In this document: in pieces, positions 8,241 to 17,128 of the stretch
How the letters are laid out: the number at the start of each line of letters is the position of its first letter
How positions within the stretch are numbered: position 1 is the first letter of the stretch
Source: a virus
Taxonomy: Duplodnaviria; Caudoviricetes
Reading direction: 5' to 3' (one strand)
IMG/VR virus record: IMGVR_UViG_3300018489_000227
Coordinates: 1-27,542 of that record
DNA: 27,542 nucleotides
Program-made: the position numbers and the translations under genes
The notes under the pieces: model-generated
Databases searched by the model: none
What the model was told of the DNA's origin: nothing
Seen by the model: only the letters and a program-made list of their open reading frames with translations

Positions 8241-8263
8241 CACCAGCACCACCTGACGCGACA

Positions 8264-8776
8264 TCACACCCCAATCGCTGCCCGCACCGCCTCCATCTGA
8301 TCGGTACCGCCCACCTTTCTGACCAGGTTGATGGCGTCGATCTCGATCAACTCCTCCTCGTCGATGGTGAGCTTGTAGTAGCTGGCGGCCACCGAGACCT
8401 TGATGGTGCTTTTGTCGCCAGGCTTCCAGGTGCCGGCGTCGAGCTCTTTCCAGCCACCGCGCAGATTGACGACGACGGGCTTGGCTTGTGCCCCCTGCGC
8501 CTGGATGGCGCCCCGGATGGTGATTTGCGTCGCGGCGTTGTCGAGCAGACCGAAGAGTTTGAAGACCTCCGGGTCGTGGTCGGCGATGGTCAGCTCGGCT
8601 TCGAGCTTCTCCATACCGAGGTCGATCTCGACCGGCAGATCCATGCCGCCGGCGCGGTGCTCCTCGGTCTTGAGAGTGAGTTTGGGCAGTTGAATCTCGT
8701 CGATGCGCCCGGCGTAGCCGCGACCGTCGACGAAGAGGTTCATGTTTTTGAGAACACGCGGCAGTTCGATGGCCAT
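8264..8776 (-). CDS. Major tail tube protein (P2 FII-like)
   Basis: LPRVLKNMNLFVDG...LPKLTLKTEEHRAGGMD...GMEKLE...SYYKLTID..IEIDAIN. Confidence 0.96.
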   Translation of the reverse strand: MAIELPRVLKNMNLFVDGRGYAGRIDEIQLPKLTLKTEEHRAGGMDLPVEIDLGMEKLEAELTIADHDPEVFKLFGLLDNAATQITIRGAIQAQGAQAKPVVVNLRGGWKELDAGTWKPGDKSTIKVSVAASYYKLTIDEEELIEIDAINLVRKVGGTDQMEAVRAAIGV

Positions 8777-9966
8777 TACAGAATCTCCTCGAGATAGTCA
8801 TCGACCAGGTGCGAGCGGAAAATGATGTGCTCGGCCGGGTACGGCGGGGTGAAGTCGAAGTTGAAGTAGATCTTTCCGTCCTGGATAGACTGGGGCGAAT
8901 TAAGGTCAGGGTCGGCCCAGCACTTACCGCCCAGGATCGCGCCCTGGGCTTTGAGTTGGCGCAGGTAGGCGTTGACGCCTTCGGTGACTTCCTCGACGTA
9001 GGTCTTGGTGATGTTGCGATCCACGGCCCAGAGGTGGGCTCGTAAGAGCGACTCGTTGATCATGTCGGCGGTGCGCCGCACCGAAAGGAAGGCCCACTTG
9101 GGGTCCGAGGAACAGGTTCGGTTGCCCCACAGGCGGTAGCCATCCTCCTGGATGATCGTGGCCACCTCGTTCTCGTTGAGCAGGTTGGCGCGGGCATTCG
9201 GGTCACCGAGTGCAAAGTCCACCGGGCGGTGGCTGCCAACGATGCCGTTGATGACGTTGTTCGACGGCGACCACCAGAAGCCTCGGTCGTTGTCGATCTT
9301 GGCAATGAGGCCCGCCACACGCGCAGAAACGGGTTCGGTCACCACCGCCCCATTCTTCATCACCTTGACGTGTGGGTCGACCACGTAGATGCGCGGCGAG
9401 CCCCAGTCCTCGCGGTAATCGATGGCGGCAGCGTCCGTGGTGTTGGGGCCGTCAGCGATGATCACCGCGCGCAGGCGCTCGGCAATGCCCAGCAGTTCGG
9501 CCACGACCGGATTCGCCAACTGACGAGTGTCATCATCCGGGTCGATGGGGCGCTGATGCGTGAAACCCGGGGCGATCAGGATGCGCGGCGTGACCTTGGC
9601 CACCGACTGGGCCGCCAGCAGTGCCTGCAGCCCGAGGTACTGGCCGGTCTCATCAACGCCACCGAGCACGTGGGTCTGGGTCTCGGCATCCGTTGCGCCT
9701 TCGGCCACCCGGATCACGACCACCAGGGCGCCGGCCTGATCGAAGATGCCATCGATGGCCATCGGCAAGGTGCCCGTGGTTCCGAGCTTGGCCGCCTCCA
9801 GGCGAGATCCGGCAATCAGCACCGGGGTGTTCAAGGGAAAGCTGTGCTCATCGGCATCCGGTGCCGTGCCGACGAGGCCGATCACGGAGGATCGGACGGT
9901 GCGAATGGGACGCGGGCCGTTGTCGATTTCAACGACCTCGACCCCGTGAAGAAAGTGATCTGCCAT
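8776..9966 (-). CDS. Contractile tail sheath protein (P2 FI-like)
   Basis: FLHGVEVVE...SSVIGLVGTAPDAD...PRILIAPGF...GFWWSPSN...GYRLWGNRT...FDFTPPYPAEHI. Confidence 0.97.
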   Translation of the reverse strand: MADHFLHGVEVVEIDNGPRPIRTVRSSVIGLVGTAPDADEHSFPLNTPVLIAGSRLEAAKLGTTGTLPMAIDGIFDQAGALVVVIRVAEGATDAETQTHVLGGVDETGQYLGLQALLAAQSVAKVTPRILIAPGFTHQRPIDPDDDTRQLANPVVAELLGIAERLRAVIIADGPNTTDAAAIDYREDWGSPRIYVVDPHVKVMKNGAVVTEPVSARVAGLIAKIDNDRGFWWSPSNNVINGIVGSHRPVDFALGDPNARANLLNENEVATIIQEDGYRLWGNRTCSSDPKWAFLSVRRTADMINESLLRAHLWAVDRNITKTYVEEVTEGVNAYLRQLKAQGAILGGKCWADPDLNSPQSIQDGKIYFNFDFTPPYPAEHIIFRSHLVDDYLEEIL

Positions 9967-9983
9967 GAGTTGACTCCAGAAGT

Positions 9984-10005
9984 AAAAAATCCGCCAATTG
10001 GCGGA
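9984..10005 (-). terminator. Intrinsic terminator-like hairpin just upstream of the sheath RBS
   Basis: TCCGCC-AATT-GGCGGA (9990-10005) followed on the minus strand by TTTTTT. Confidence 0.7.
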
Positions 10006-10042
10006 ATAAATCGGGGGATGGGGTGATCGGCCAGTCGGTGGG

Positions 10043-10228
10043 TCAGATCAGCGGCTTGCCCTCATCTGGCTCGATGGATTTCTCGCAGTGGTTGGGGTCA
10101 AGCGTCCAGGCCCGCCGACTGCAGACCAGGGCGGCGATGAGCATCCACACTGACGCGATCACAGCGGCGATCTGGCACAACAGCCAAATGCTCAGCAGCG
10201 CGAGGCGTTGTCGGATTGCAGTGGTCAC
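10043..10228 (-). CDS. Small membrane-anchored phage protein, 61 aa, probably internally deleted
   Basis: GTG overlaps the upstream stop (GTGA) and has a GGAGG RBS. One TM segment, then SRRAWTLDPNHCEKSIEPDEG. Confidence 0.65.
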   Translation of the reverse strand: MTTAIRQRLALLSIWLLCQIAAVIASVWMLIAALVCSRRAWTLDPNHCEKSIEPDEGKPLI

Positions 10229-10857
10229 GGTGCCCCCTCCGGCCAGCCTTGGCTGAGGTCGCAGCCGGCGATGTCCTCGCCCGCCGCCTGCTTCGCCTTG
10301 ATCGCATCCTTGTGCGCCCAGGCGGCGGCGTAATGCGCCGACACCCACTGCATCACCGCGAGGCCAAACTGCACAGCCTCGGCGCCGGTGAGCGTGTGGG
10401 TCACATCCTCGGCATCGCGGAATGACACGGTGTCGGGGCTGCCTGCTGCCACCAATGCCGTGCCGGCGGTGGCCACCGCATTGATGTTCACGCGGTCGCG
10501 CTCGTGGCGCAGTTGCACGGTGCCGGTTGCGCCATCGGGGAAGCGGTGCGGCTTGCCTCGGGCAATGCGGGTATCGCGCTCGGCATCGACGGCGGCTAGC
10601 CGCTCGCGCAGCTGCTGCGCCTGCTGGAGCGTTTCGCGGGCCGACTGCGCGGCCTTCTCCTCGCTACTTGGCACCAGCGTCCAGCCGCTGCCGTGTTCCC
10701 CATCGCCCACATCCCCCGCATCCCACCTGGCGGCCTTGCCGCGTGGAATCTTGGGCGGTGCGGTAAAGGTCCAACCCGCCGGTGCCGGCTGGCCCGGCTC
10801 GATCTCGGCGGTCTCGCCCAGAAAACCGTGGTCGATCTGATAAATCGTTCGCATCAT
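10225..10857 (-). CDS. Tail fibre assembly/chaperone-like protein (DUF4376-like C-terminal domain)
   Basis: Tfa-like N-terminus (IYQIDHGFLGE..PAGWTFTAPP..W); C-terminal VDAERDTRI..VQLRHERDRVNI..FRDAEDVTHTLT; follows the fibre gene. Confidence 0.7.
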   Translation of the reverse strand: MMRTIYQIDHGFLGETAEIEPGQPAPAGWTFTAPPKIPRGKAARWDAGDVGDGEHGSGWTLVPSSEEKAAQSARETLQQAQQLRERLAAVDAERDTRIARGKPHRFPDGATGTVQLRHERDRVNINAVATAGTALVAAGSPDTVSFRDAEDVTHTLTGAEAVQFGLAVMQWVSAHYAAAWAHKDAIKAKQAAGEDIAGCDLSQGWPEGAP

Positions 10858-10878
10858 TGATCTCCTGATGGGGGGCCA

Positions 10879-12915
10879 TCACTGGGCGCGCACGTAGTAG
10901 CGGTAACCGCCCCGATAGCTGCTATTGGTATCGGAGAGCGAGCCAGGCTGGTTGCCGTAGGCGCCTACCGCATAAAACTCGCCGGCACAGGTCGGCAGCC
11001 GAAACTCGGTGGCGAGGTTGTAGCTGTAGAGACTTGCGGCACTGGCCACGTTGACGTAGTAACTGCTCGACTGCTGGGTGTGATGCAGCCAGCGCCCTCC
11101 GGGGAGCGGTAACAACCAGTAGCCGTAGATCGAAGCGCCGTAATTCGAGAAGTAGTTGTTGGCGTAAAGGCGCCCGCTCACCAGATCGAATAGCGCAAAG
11201 TCGAAGTAGTAGCTGTTGTTGCTCGACTCAGCGATCAGCCAGACGAAGCGGTCCCCGGTGAAGTTGAAACGACGCAGCACGATGCTGGTGCTCCAGCGCG
11301 ACGGTCGGCTGTTGCGCTTGAAGCTCACGAAGTCCCGGGTCTGCACCAAGGTCAGGGTGTTGAGCCCGGAATAGAAGCCAAAGCAGCCCGTACTCGGATG
11401 CACCCACATCCGGGCGAGCGTGCCCGTGGCCCCGAGGATCTGGCTGGCGGTGGCCACCTGTTCCCAGCTGCTGAAATCCGCCGTGCGAAACACGGCATTG
11501 CCACTGGCGGCGTAGTAAAAGCCCGCCACGAAGTGAATGCTGCCGGCGATCAGGGTGTGACCGCTGGGTTGATTGACCGCCGTGACGGCACCGTCAGCCG
11601 CGATCAGCAGCAGCTGCCCCCCGTAGTGGAGAATGCCGATGCCGTTCTCCACATAGGAGGGCTGGCCGGTGTCCTGGCGGTTGAAGCTCTCGCCCGAGCG
11701 CAGGAGTAGGCCGTGATTGCCCCAAGCCCCTGCGCCCTCCCAGGCCTTGCTCCAGCTCGCGCCGGCATCCGTGGTGCGATAGAGCGCATTCCAGTTGCTG
11801 CCGTTATCGACCAGCAGATAGAGGCTCTCACCGACCCGTAAGACGCCGCGTGCGGCAGTGATCCGGGCATCGAGCGTGGCCGATAGATTGATGTCCCGGG
11901 TCAGGGCTGTGGCCCCATCGTGCACATACTTGAAAAGGACGTGCGAGGTGTTGAGCCGACTGTTGTCGATGACGGCCACTCCTTGCGCCAAGCCGATGAC
12001 GAGGCTGCTCCCGGTGGGGTTGAACTGATCGCCCCCGCCATTGAAAAACGAGGTCCAGCCCCCGAAGGTGGCTGCGCTGGCGAACTGACAGCGCGTCTGC
12101 GCAGGGGTGGCTGCGCTGTCGTAGGTGACCCAGCCGACGGTACGGCCCGAATCCGAGATCGCGGGCCAGTAGGGGCCGCCGTAGCCGAGCGCCCCGATCT
12201 GGGCATTGGCCCAGTTCTGACCGGCATTGGCGGAGTATTGAATCCCTTTACTGGCCGATTGCACGATCACCACCCGGTCGCCATTGACGGCAGCGGCACG
12301 GTAGGTGCTGCTGTAACCCGGCGCCTCAGACAGCACGGTGACACCGATCGATGCAGAGGGCAGGTTATTGGGCGCCTGCCCCAGCACCTCGGCCAGTTCC
12401 GGGTAGTCCGCGATCAGCGCCGTGCCGCCCTCGGCCGGCAGATAGCGGCTGGTGTCCATATTGGGATGGATCAGCGCGATGCCGCCAATCGGAATCTCGC
12501 CGGGAAAGCGCCAGGCGCCATCGCCGCGCAGAAAGCGCCGGTCTTCGCCGGCCTTTGGTGCCGGCACCATCCCGAGCGAGCCGGCTGTGTTGGGGGTTGC
12601 GCCTCCGAACGCCGCGTAGCGCTGCACCTCCTGACTGAGCTCGTTGAACTTGAGGTCCCCTTGCTGGGCGACTCGATCCACCTGGGTGTTACCGGTGGCG
12701 ACGACCTCGGCGGATTTGAGATTGGCGGTGGCGATCAGCTCGGCTTTTTGCAGCTGGCCGGTGTCGATCACATCGAACACCGTGGCCTGACCGCCGACTG
12801 CCTCGACGGCCTTGGCCAGCATCACGATGTCCTCGGGCGTGGCGCTGGGTGCCAGGGTGTCGATGCGCGTCTGGATCGCATCGATCTGGGCCTGGAGTTG
12901 CGTTGAAATGGGCAT
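10879..12915 (-). CDS. Tail fibre / receptor-binding protein with collar-like segments and Asp-box (BNR) repeats
   Basis: Helical N-terminus; AGSLGMVPAPKAG..FLRGDGAW fibre motif; IPIGG...DYPELAEVLG; SANAGQNW, TTDAGASW, TADFSSW; ends TEFRLP...YYVRAQ. ATG 12915 with GAGGA. Confidence 0.78.
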   Translation of the reverse strand: MPISTQLQAQIDAIQTRIDTLAPSATPEDIVMLAKAVEAVGGQATVFDVIDTGQLQKAELIATANLKSAEVVATGNTQVDRVAQQGDLKFNELSQEVQRYAAFGGATPNTAGSLGMVPAPKAGEDRRFLRGDGAWRFPGEIPIGGIALIHPNMDTSRYLPAEGGTALIADYPELAEVLGQAPNNLPSASIGVTVLSEAPGYSSTYRAAAVNGDRVVIVQSASKGIQYSANAGQNWANAQIGALGYGGPYWPAISDSGRTVGWVTYDSAATPAQTRCQFASAATFGGWTSFFNGGGDQFNPTGSSLVIGLAQGVAVIDNSRLNTSHVLFKYVHDGATALTRDINLSATLDARITAARGVLRVGESLYLLVDNGSNWNALYRTTDAGASWSKAWEGAGAWGNHGLLLRSGESFNRQDTGQPSYVENGIGILHYGGQLLLIAADGAVTAVNQPSGHTLIAGSIHFVAGFYYAASGNAVFRTADFSSWEQVATASQILGATGTLARMWVHPSTGCFGFYSGLNTLTLVQTRDFVSFKRNSRPSRWSTSIVLRRFNFTGDRFVWLIAESSNNSYYFDFALFDLVSGRLYANNYFSNYGASIYGYWLLPLPGGRWLHHTQQSSSYYVNVASAASLYSYNLATEFRLPTCAGEFYAVGAYGNQPGSLSDTNSSYRGGYRYYVRAQ

Positions 12916-12926
12916 GGAAAGTCCTC

Positions 12927-13214
12927 TCAAAGATCGAGATTGAGGAGTTGGTTCAACTGCAGGCGGCGGATTCGGCGCAGCACGTCGGTGCTGACTTCAT
13001 CGAGCGCATCGGCGACCGCCGTGGTGGTGGCCGTCAGTGCCGCATTGACCTCGCTGCGCGTCTGCGCCATAACCGCCTGCACTTCGGACCGTTGCTGGCC
13101 GAACCCCGCATCCAGGGTGGTGAACGCCTCGCGCAGGCGCAAGACATCCTCCGAAAGCAAGTGATCGGGGTGCGGTAGCGGCAAGCGCAGCACCGGGGTA
13201 CGTTCATCGTTCAT
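12927..13214 (-). CDS. Small tail-fibre-associated protein, 95 aa
   Basis: GGAGG RBS; ERTPVLRLPLPHPDHLLSEDVLRLREAFTTLD resembles fibre N-terminal anchor segments, followed by a coiled-coil-like helix. Confidence 0.6.
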   Translation of the reverse strand: MNDERTPVLRLPLPHPDHLLSEDVLRLREAFTTLDAGFGQQRSEVQAVMAQTRSEVNAALTATTTAVADALDEVSTDVLRRIRRLQLNQLLNLDL

Positions 13215-13226
13215 CGCTCACCTCCG

Positions 13227-16200
13227 TCAGGTCACGATCACGCGCAGGCGGCGCACGAAGGGTCGGTACTGGGGTGAGCCCAATAACGACAATCTCACCC
13301 GCGTGCTGCGATCCGCCCCGACCCCCACCAGAGCAGTGGCCTTGTAGGTGCGCTCAACCCAGCCGTTGCCGACTTCCACGCCCTGGTCGAGCGCCAGCTC
13401 GGCAAAGCTTCCGGGTGTGCCAGACTCGGCTTGGACTGCCACGCTGGAGGTGCCCGGCGTGAGTGCATCGAAGGTGACGGACACATTGAAGGTGGCAGCC
13501 GCCGGGATCGCCCGAGACAGGTAGTCACCAGCGGCTTCCAACGTGCCGAACACCAACTGAGCGCCAGGGTAGAGGATCGGACTGGCCGCCTCCGTACCGG
13601 TGAGCTTGGCCGACACCGCCAGGTTGCCCGAGAGCTTCTCGGTGAGCGCCAACCCCTGGTCTTCCGACAGGGTGTAGGTTCGCCCCTGCGCATCGGTCGC
13701 CATGAACTGCACATCGGTACCGGCGGCCGGACGCTCCACCCCAGCCAATGCCATCACATCCGACAGGTTGGTCACGGTGTACTGGCCAAGACTCACCGTC
13801 TTGCTGGCTTGCGTGAAACGGCAACCCAAGAGACGGAAGGTCAGGTCCTGCGTCTGGTGCGCTGTCCAGCTGATGCCGTTGGAGGACGAGAGCAACACGC
13901 CGATCTGGTAGGGCTGCGCGGTCACCCAGCCGGTGCGCGGGTCGTACTTGCCGAGCTCCGCCACCGACACGGCGTGGTTGGCATCGTCCGTGAGCACGAC
14001 AAGGGCGTACTCGCGATTGGCCTCGAGGGCGACGGGATCGAGCAGCACCCGGGTCGCGTTGCCATCGGTCTTGATATCAGCGGCCAACAGGCGACCTTCG
14101 GTCAATACCGTGGTGGTTGGGATGCCGACCTGCGTCTCGCGGATCTGCACGATCACCGGGGCGGTGCCGCCCTTGGCGGTGAACCACAGCTCCAGAGCGC
14201 CAATGATCCGCCGCTCGGGCAAGGTAAAGGTCTGCGCCAGCGGGTCCCAGCGGTTGACCACGGTGGTCAGGATGCGACGACGGGTCTCGGTGACGATCTG
14301 GCCGCGACCGACGTAGGTCGCAGAGCCGTAGCTGCCGCCAGTGCCGAGAAATTCCACCAGCTTGGCGCCCGAGGGCACCCCGCTGGGGACCTGGAAGCTG
14401 CCCGTGAGCAGACCAGAAGCATTGGCTGCCGTGCCTGCAGGCTGCGAAATCCCGATGCCGTCAAAGCGCAAGGAAGCCAGCGCTTCGCTGGGTCCAAACC
14501 CTTCCACCTGATAGGCGACGTTGAGGCTGCGCAGGAATTGCACTTCCTCAGCAGAAGATGCCAGCACCTGCTCCGAGCGCCGGATTTCCACCACCTGTTC
14601 GAGCACCCCGCTGCCGGTGATCAGCCGCTCGGTGACGTCGGACGCCCAAGTGGTGTTCGTCACCGTGAACTGGTCGACAGCGGGATTCAAGGTGACCCGG
14701 GCCGGCACCGGCTCGAAGGCCTGGTAGGGGTTGATCTTCATCGACCCGGTACGCGCCAACTGTTCGACCACTGGCGCGAGCGTGTAGTCCAAGGTCAGCA
14801 GCGCATTACCGTTCTCCTTGGCGTGCTGGGCACTGGCGGTGATCGGCAAGGTGAGGACACCAGCCACAATCGCCCCGGTCTGCGCTGCGCCCTGGTCACG
14901 CAGGTCGTCATCGAGGAAGTTGTCCACGAACAGGCCCTTCTTCGCGGCCGGCTCGCGGATGTTGGCATCGACCCGCAGGCGCTCCAGCGCCATCAGGTCA
15001 AACAGGTCGGCAATCTGGCGCTGCATCGCGGTCAGTTCCGAGACCTTGATGGTGCGAATCGCCACGTTGCGCACAACCGGGTCCGAGCCACTGCGCCAGT
15101 CGTAGGCGATCTCGGCCAAGGCCAGGCGCGATGCGGGAACGCTGGGCGCGACGGGATTCCTCACCTGGCTGATGCCCTTGATGCGCTCGACCTGACCATC
15201 GGCGGTGAGTGCCAGCACATCCACGCGCGGCAGCTTCCACTGGTAGTCGATGTACATTGTCGAGCCCTGCACCACGCCCGTGACCTTGAAGCCGGTGTCG
15301 GTCAGTTGGGTTGGGGTGATGCTGGCGATGTACTGGTAGGTGACCTGGTAGCTCGACCCAGGTGCCGGCTCGGCGCCCCCCGGGCTCCAGTCGATCTCAT
15401 CGCCCACCACCTTGTAGTCGGTGCCTTGCGCGTAGGTCGTGCCGCCTTGCTTGACCTCCAGCACGGCGACGACTGTGGGCTCGGTCAGCACATCACGGCT
15501 GCCGGTGAAGGCACCGTGCGCCACCGTTTCGGTCTTCTGCTGGGTGACCTTGATGTCGAGCACCTGAGCCAGCGGTGGCCGGTTGATCGTGACGACCATC
15601 GAGCCATCGCCGCTGTCATTGAAGACTTGCGGTTCCGAGGACACCCGCTGCAAATCCGGGTCGATGGGCAGGCGCAGGCGCTGCGATTGGCTGCGCTCGA
15701 CCTTGAAACCGTCGATATTGGCCCGGCCTTCGGCGACCGAGAAGATGTGCTCTTGAGAATCAGCATCGGTGCTGAGGAATCGGACACCCAGCCCATCGGT
15801 GACATAGTGGCCGTTGGCGTCATAGTCGTAGCGCGCCAGGCTCGCAATCACGCCATCGAGGACCGGCGGCTGCGTGCGGTTCTCGAGGATGCCGTTGTCC
15901 AGCGCATAGACCGCGTGGAAGTCGCCGGACTGACCGTCACTGGTGCCGGCGCCTTCCCAGCCCCATGCCAATGTCTCCTGCAGACGCCCAGCACCCGGCT
16001 CCTGGTAGTTGCGCACGCCCACCGCCGGCTCGCGCAAGGTGGGGTCTTCGAGCTCAGTGACGGTGCGGGTAGTGAAGCGCACGCCGACGGCCACACGCCC
16101 ATCGACCGGAACCGTGAAAGTGGCCGCCGGCACCTCGCGCACCGCGCCACGCAGATAGACGCGACCGGCTTCAAGCGTCACGAGGCCGGTATCAGCATCG

Positions 16201-16388
16201 ATCTGCAGGTTGGCGCCGCTGACGATGTCGCCGTCCTTCAATAAGGCATCGGCCACGCTTTGCAGCCGGTGCATCAGCGTGCTCTGGATCTCGTTGAGTT
16301 CTCTGGACTGCAGGCCATCGCCGGCGCGGAACAAGAGCTGGGTGTAGTGCTTGGCTGGGTCAAACAGGTTGTAGTAACGCTCGATCAT
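13227..16388 (-). CDS. Large tail/baseplate structural protein (DUF4815-like), 1053 aa
   Basis: YYNLFDPAKHYTQLLFRAGDGLQSRELNEIQ, ARYDYDANGHY, KKGLFVDNFLDD, MKINPYQAF, DPLAQTF, GVLLSSSN..W..HQ..DLTFRL. Confidence 0.82.
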   Translation of the reverse strand: MIERYYNLFDPAKHYTQLLFRAGDGLQSRELNEIQSTLMHRLQSVADALLKDGDIVSGANLQIDADTGLVTLEAGRVYLRGAVREVPAATFTVPVDGRVAVGVRFTTRTVTELEDPTLREPAVGVRNYQEPGAGRLQETLAWGWEGAGTSDGQSGDFHAVYALDNGILENRTQPPVLDGVIASLARYDYDANGHYVTDGLGVRFLSTDADSQEHIFSVAEGRANIDGFKVERSQSQRLRLPIDPDLQRVSSEPQVFNDSGDGSMVVTINRPPLAQVLDIKVTQQKTETVAHGAFTGSRDVLTEPTVVAVLEVKQGGTTYAQGTDYKVVGDEIDWSPGGAEPAPGSSYQVTYQYIASITPTQLTDTGFKVTGVVQGSTMYIDYQWKLPRVDVLALTADGQVERIKGISQVRNPVAPSVPASRLALAEIAYDWRSGSDPVVRNVAIRTIKVSELTAMQRQIADLFDLMALERLRVDANIREPAAKKGLFVDNFLDDDLRDQGAAQTGAIVAGVLTLPITASAQHAKENGNALLTLDYTLAPVVEQLARTGSMKINPYQAFEPVPARVTLNPAVDQFTVTNTTWASDVTERLITGSGVLEQVVEIRRSEQVLASSAEEVQFLRSLNVAYQVEGFGPSEALASLRFDGIGISQPAGTAANASGLLTGSFQVPSGVPSGAKLVEFLGTGGSYGSATYVGRGQIVTETRRRILTTVVNRWDPLAQTFTLPERRIIGALELWFTAKGGTAPVIVQIRETQVGIPTTTVLTEGRLLAADIKTDGNATRVLLDPVALEANREYALVVLTDDANHAVSVAELGKYDPRTGWVTAQPYQIGVLLSSSNGISWTAHQTQDLTFRLLGCRFTQASKTVSLGQYTVTNLSDVMALAGVERPAAGTDVQFMATDAQGRTYTLSEDQGLALTEKLSGNLAVSAKLTGTEAASPILYPGAQLVFGTLEAAGDYLSRAIPAAATFNVSVTFDALTPGTSSVAVQAESGTPGSFAELALDQGVEVGNGWVERTYKATALVGVGADRSTRVRLSLLGSPQYRPFVRRLRVIVT

Positions 16389-16403
16389 GGACGGCCTCGC
16401 GGA

Positions 16404-17096
16404 TTAGAAAGTGACGACGAACTCGAAGGTCTCGCGCGTAGAGGGCTGGCGCACGATGGGCACCGAGTTCTGCAGCACGAGCAAAATGCCCGGATCGGTG
16501 ATCTGGGCGGGAATGAAGAACTTCTGCCCGATGGGCAACGCGGGATCGGTCTTTGTGCCGACGAAGAGGCCTTGTTCACGCACCACGCTGGTGGAGGCAT
16601 CCTCGAAGTCGAAACGCACCCGTATGAAGAGATGGTTCGTTGGCTCGGTTACCATCCGGTAGCGTCCGGTTGGCACCACGATCTCGCCATCGGGGTCGGC
16701 GGAAACGAAATGCACCTCGTCCACCACCCGGCGACCGACTTCGCGCAAGAGCGCCGTCTGGTCAATCGGTTCTGGCGGGTGCGAGATCTTGAAGTGGACC
16801 GTCACCTCGCCCTGTTCTGGAATCGTGCTATCCGGTAGGCGGCTGATCACGCCATCACGGGCATTTGCGCTGTAGTCCACATCGAGCAGGTACTCGGTCT
16901 GGTCATCCAGCGAGGTGACGCGGATGTCGGCCAGATGCGTAAAGCCAAGCTCGATCACCCCCGCCTCGTCAAACGGTGTGCTGATCGCCTTGGTGGTGTC
17001 CCATAGCGGGTCGCCTTCGCCCAGGGCGAGGTGCAGGGTCTGTTGTTTGATCGCGGCGGCAAGGGCCGCGCGACCGCTGGTGGTCAGAATGGCCAT
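16404..17096 (-). CDS. Baseplate/tail-fibre attachment protein
   Basis: MAILTTSGRAALAAAI..LHLALGEGD..W ... LLREVGRR ... VREQGLFVGT ... RETFEFVVTF resembles fibre-proximal (P2 gpH N-terminal-like) domains; follows gpI. Confidence 0.7.
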   Translation of the reverse strand: MAILTTSGRAALAAAIKQQTLHLALGEGDPLWDTTKAISTPFDEAGVIELGFTHLADIRVTSLDDQTEYLLDVDYSANARDGVISRLPDSTIPEQGEVTVHFKISHPPEPIDQTALLREVGRRVVDEVHFVSADPDGEIVVPTGRYRMVTEPTNHLFIRVRFDFEDASTSVVREQGLFVGTKTDPALPIGQKFFIPAQITDPGILLVLQNSVPIVRQPSTRETFEFVVTF

Positions 17097-17128
17097 CGGG
17101 TGCTCCAGGAAATGAATGGGTCAAGAAA

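Noticed and set aside
10879-11300. Asn/Ser/Tyr-rich fibre C-terminus as a possible diversity-generating retroelement target
   Set aside because: No template repeat, reverse transcriptase or Avd gene seen in the window and no C-type-lectin-like ending; a remote DGR cannot be excluded.
13431-16244. 937-aa plus-strand ORF, plus other long antisense ORFs (25939-27327, 21546-22601, 11920-12906, 3041-3922, 27-569, 457-1257)
   Set aside because: They mirror well-supported minus-strand genes, show no recognisable motifs, and are expected shadow frames in high-GC coding DNA.
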